From Yuukianura sp. NJ FZ-2021 (Eukaryota): a stretch of DNA of 64,000 nt. The position numbers and the translations under genes were made by a program. How positions within the stretch are numbered: position 1 is the stretch's first letter; the number at the start of each line of letters is the position of its first letter. A model generated the notes under the pieces. It was not told the origin of the DNA and made no database searches. It saw only the letters and a program-made list of their open reading frames with translations. This document shows, piece by piece, positions 61,153-64,000 of the stretch. Location of the stretch: contig CM102288.1 in NCBI GenBank assembly GCA_046563655.1, forward strand, positions 2,914,001 through 2,978,000, in the 5' to 3' direction.

Positions 61153-64000
61153 TTAGTCGGTGTCCGAATCTTCATCAGTTTGGGCCAACTCTTCAGCAGC
61201 ATCAAGAATGCAGTAACCCAAAGGACGGGTTTTGGGGACGGCCTGACTGTTGTATCTGGCGAACGCTAAGTACCAGATTAACGACGTGACATGACTACAG
61301 CATCCAACAGTCCTACTTCCAGTCTTGCACGAACAGTACCAAGCTATAATGGAGTCCGCGTCCTTTCCATGTGGCAGGAACCTCACAAATACGCTGTGGC
61401 ATTTTTTCTTGCAGAATCTTGATTCGATTTTAGCACAAATGAGTGTAGGGTCTTCCAAGTGGATCAGGATTGAATACGACCCATTGCTTCTCATGTGCTC
61501 TGCAACGTAGCGGACAGCCTGATCTAACTGATAACTTCCAAGGGTCAGAGTCTTCAATTCCTTCGCCGGAAGAACGGGAAATTGGGAGACATCTTTCTCA
61601 GAGGCTTTCTTCCAGATCACTCGTTTTGTTGCGAGCTTCTTTTCCTCCACATCCTTCTCTAGTTGATTTTGATTGGTCATTCTTGCCAGCGCCATTTCAA
61701 CGAGTCTCGTATGGTCATCAGATGCGGAGAACACAGGAGGAGAAAATGCGTTGATTAAGGCACATTCTATTCTGACAAAACTGCGAATTTTGGGCAGGAG
61801 TGAGTTTTTGATGACTGCATTGAGGAGTTGACATTTGTTTTTGATTTTTCCATGGACGGCCTCGACCACCCAGCGTAACATGGTAACTTGACGCGATTTG
61901 TTGCCTTCGTCCGCGGAAAACTTCTTTCTGGTTTTTGGGAGAAAAGCAGGCATGTAAGTCCAGATTTGATGATCCTCCAGGTCATCTGCGACATCTCGAA
62001 ACCCTCTGTCCAAAACAGCAACGTCGCCAATCTCGAAAAGGTTTAGTATTTCTCCAGTCTTCATCATCGCTTGCAGGATTGAAGAATCGTTATTCCCGTT
62101 ATCTGCTCCAAAGGGTCCTTCGCATTCAAGAATGTAGCCAGTACTTGTCACAACAGTCATAAACTTGACCAAATGACGTAGCTTTTGCAGGGAGTAGAGC
62201 AGCCTTTGGTCCTTATGATCTGCAGGACGTTGTATGTAAAAGTAAGTGCCGTCCAAAATCACAATCAAAACGTCATCGTCTTGCTGGAGAAGACTTTGGA
62301 ATGACTTTATGGTGTGCTGAGAAATGATTTCCTCCCTCGATTTGTGGTGATACCCAAGGAATTTCGGAACGAAGTTCTCTTCCAATGCTTTCGCTGCTGC
62401 CGTGATGGTGTCGCTAACGATGGAGTTATTTAGAATTCCGAACATAAATCCGAGCAATTTCAAGCTCAAATTCAGCCTCATCTTCATCAGCAACATGGCG
62501 ATTCCGTTTCGTTTTGTACGATTTTTGCTGGCCTTGAATCCATGTGCGTAAGACATGAGCTGGTCAAAGTTTTCCCTCGAAATTCCAAGCAACAGTTTGT
62601 AGTCATCCGTAGACAACTCCGACGATATCTCGAAGTCTACTCGGAGCTTCTTCAATGAAATTGAGCTGGTCAAAGAATGAATCCATTTAGAAAGAGCCTC
62701 AGGAGTAGTTTTGAAGTAATTCTTCATTGGCTTGATTAGTTGTAGAGCTTCTTCGTTCAGTCTGGAGTACTGTAGATGATCACCACAACATCTATTAGTC
62801 GCAGGGATTACAATTCTGTTCTTCTTCCAAGCGTCTTGAATGGCAGTCACTGGTACCCTCCTCCGCCCTTTTCGGTCGCCACATATGAAACAGCAGCGCT
62901 GAGTTGAACGGCATGTCAAGACGGAAGGAAGACGGACAACACCAGAAAATGAGACATTGGCTGAGACGCTACATACGGAATTCCCCACCGACATTTGTGA
63001 CAACTGAGAGTTCAACTCCAAGGAAAAATCCGATGCTTGTGATTGGTCCATTTCAGAAGAGGAAGCGTCATAAGGTTTCTCAGTATGGAAACGGGGGCTT
63101 CGAACGACACTGTTGAAGTGGTTCCCTGTTGAAACATTTCAGAAACAAAAAATCAAAACGGACTTCAAAGAAAAAAAACCAAGAAGCGTAAAGGCCATAA
63201 AAGTACGCTTACCGTTATGGTAGGATAAACGCACTTCGGTGTTGTCGTCAATCAGGTCATCTTCAAAAGCGATCTTCAAAGGCTCTACATTCAACTGATG
63301 AACGACAACAGCAAGTTTTTTCCACCGACTGAACGCCACAATCGCATCATTGCCACCCCAAGTTCCCCACGTAGACATTTTCTCCACTACAAATAGTAAG
63401 ACGTATTTGATCATCAGTATATTATAACTGCAACAGATTTTCATTGTTTCAATTCTAACCGTATTTGTCGAACGGAACTGAAGCATCCTCCAAGAAAGGT
63501 TCGAAGTCGTCTCGGTGTTCACCAATGAACTCTGCGACAGCTTTACGATATGCGATATGGTTTTCTTCTGTTCCGTCAAGTTGATGGGAGAACGCTCGGA
63601 AAAGACAGTTCCCATCGCCGATTATTTTGTGGACGGTTAGTCCGAGAGGAGCCAATTGTTGATTGAGAAGTTCTACCGAGTCCCGGGTAGGAAGCGATGG
63701 TACTTGAGCAAGGTCATCAGGGTTCAAAGGCAAGTCAGAGGGATGTTCCAGAGGAGTCCGTGGTACTTGAGCAGAGTCGTCAACGTTCAATGGCTGGCCA
63801 GAGGGAATTTCCAGAGGAGTCCGTGGTACTTGAGCAGAGTCGTCAACGTTCATTGGCTGGCCAGAGGGAATTTCCAGAGGAGTCCGTGGTACTTGAGCAG
63901 AGTCGTCAACGTTCATTGGCTGGCCAGAGGGAATTTCCAGAGGAGTCCGTGGTACTTGAGCAGAGTCGTCAACGTTCATTGGCTGGCCAGAGGGAATTTC
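61153..64000 (-). CDS. Spliced OTU deubiquitinase-DDE transposase fusion (PIF/Harbinger/ISL2EU-like, C-terminal SWIM); exons >64000-63460, 63386-63213, 63125-61153; 5' end outside window
   Basis: OTU: IIGDGNCLFRAFSHQL...DDFEPFLED...PFDKY|VEKMSTWGTWGGNDAIVAF...HQLN...LSYHN|GNHFNSVV. It continues in frame into ORF 63051: CFIC...CCGDHL Zn finger, HTH, DDE motifs ILDGTY / VLDRGF / RWVVEAVHG, SWIM WYCSCKTGSRTVGCCSH. Confidence 0.85.
63690..64000 (-). repeat. 63-bp coding tandem repeat (21-aa unit MNVDDSAQVPRTPLEIPSGQP), runs off the window edge
   Basis: Units start at 63979, 63916, 63853 and 63790, followed by a diverged copy. Confidence 0.95.

Overview
This is eukaryotic, AT-rich, intron-containing DNA with short introns. 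It is most likely from a non-insect arthropod such as a springtail; that is an inference from gene content (true Wnt4, M-Ras, NR2E6) and intron style. Host genes in order: 3' part of UBE2J2/Ubc6 (+), twist (-), an unrecognised coiled-coil gene (+), nuclear receptor NR2E6/PNR-like (+), Hsp90/Hsp83 (-) with perfect heat-shock elements, a small unknown gene (+), melted/VEPH1 (-), M-Ras (+), a hairy/deadpan-type bHLH-O WRPW gene (-), OPA1 (-), Wnt4 (-), unc-104/KIF1A (+), and a small gene for an acidic-leader, Arg/Lys/Cys-rich protamine-like protein (-). Mobile DNA includes an intact 6,309-bp BEL/Pao LTR retrotransposon (apparently identical LTRs, 5-bp TSD) in Wnt4 intron 2, a TA-flanked MITE with nested TIR elements, a poly(A)/TSD retro-insertion upstream of Hsp90, and a long intronic inverted repeat. 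The most notable result is at the right edge. Three separate ORF-track entries splice (GT-AG, phase-compatible) into one protein: 21-aa repeats, then a complete OTUD3-like deubiquitinase domain, then a PIF/Harbinger/ISL2EU-type DDE transposase with a C-terminal SWIM finger. All exon calls were made by eye; no searches were run.
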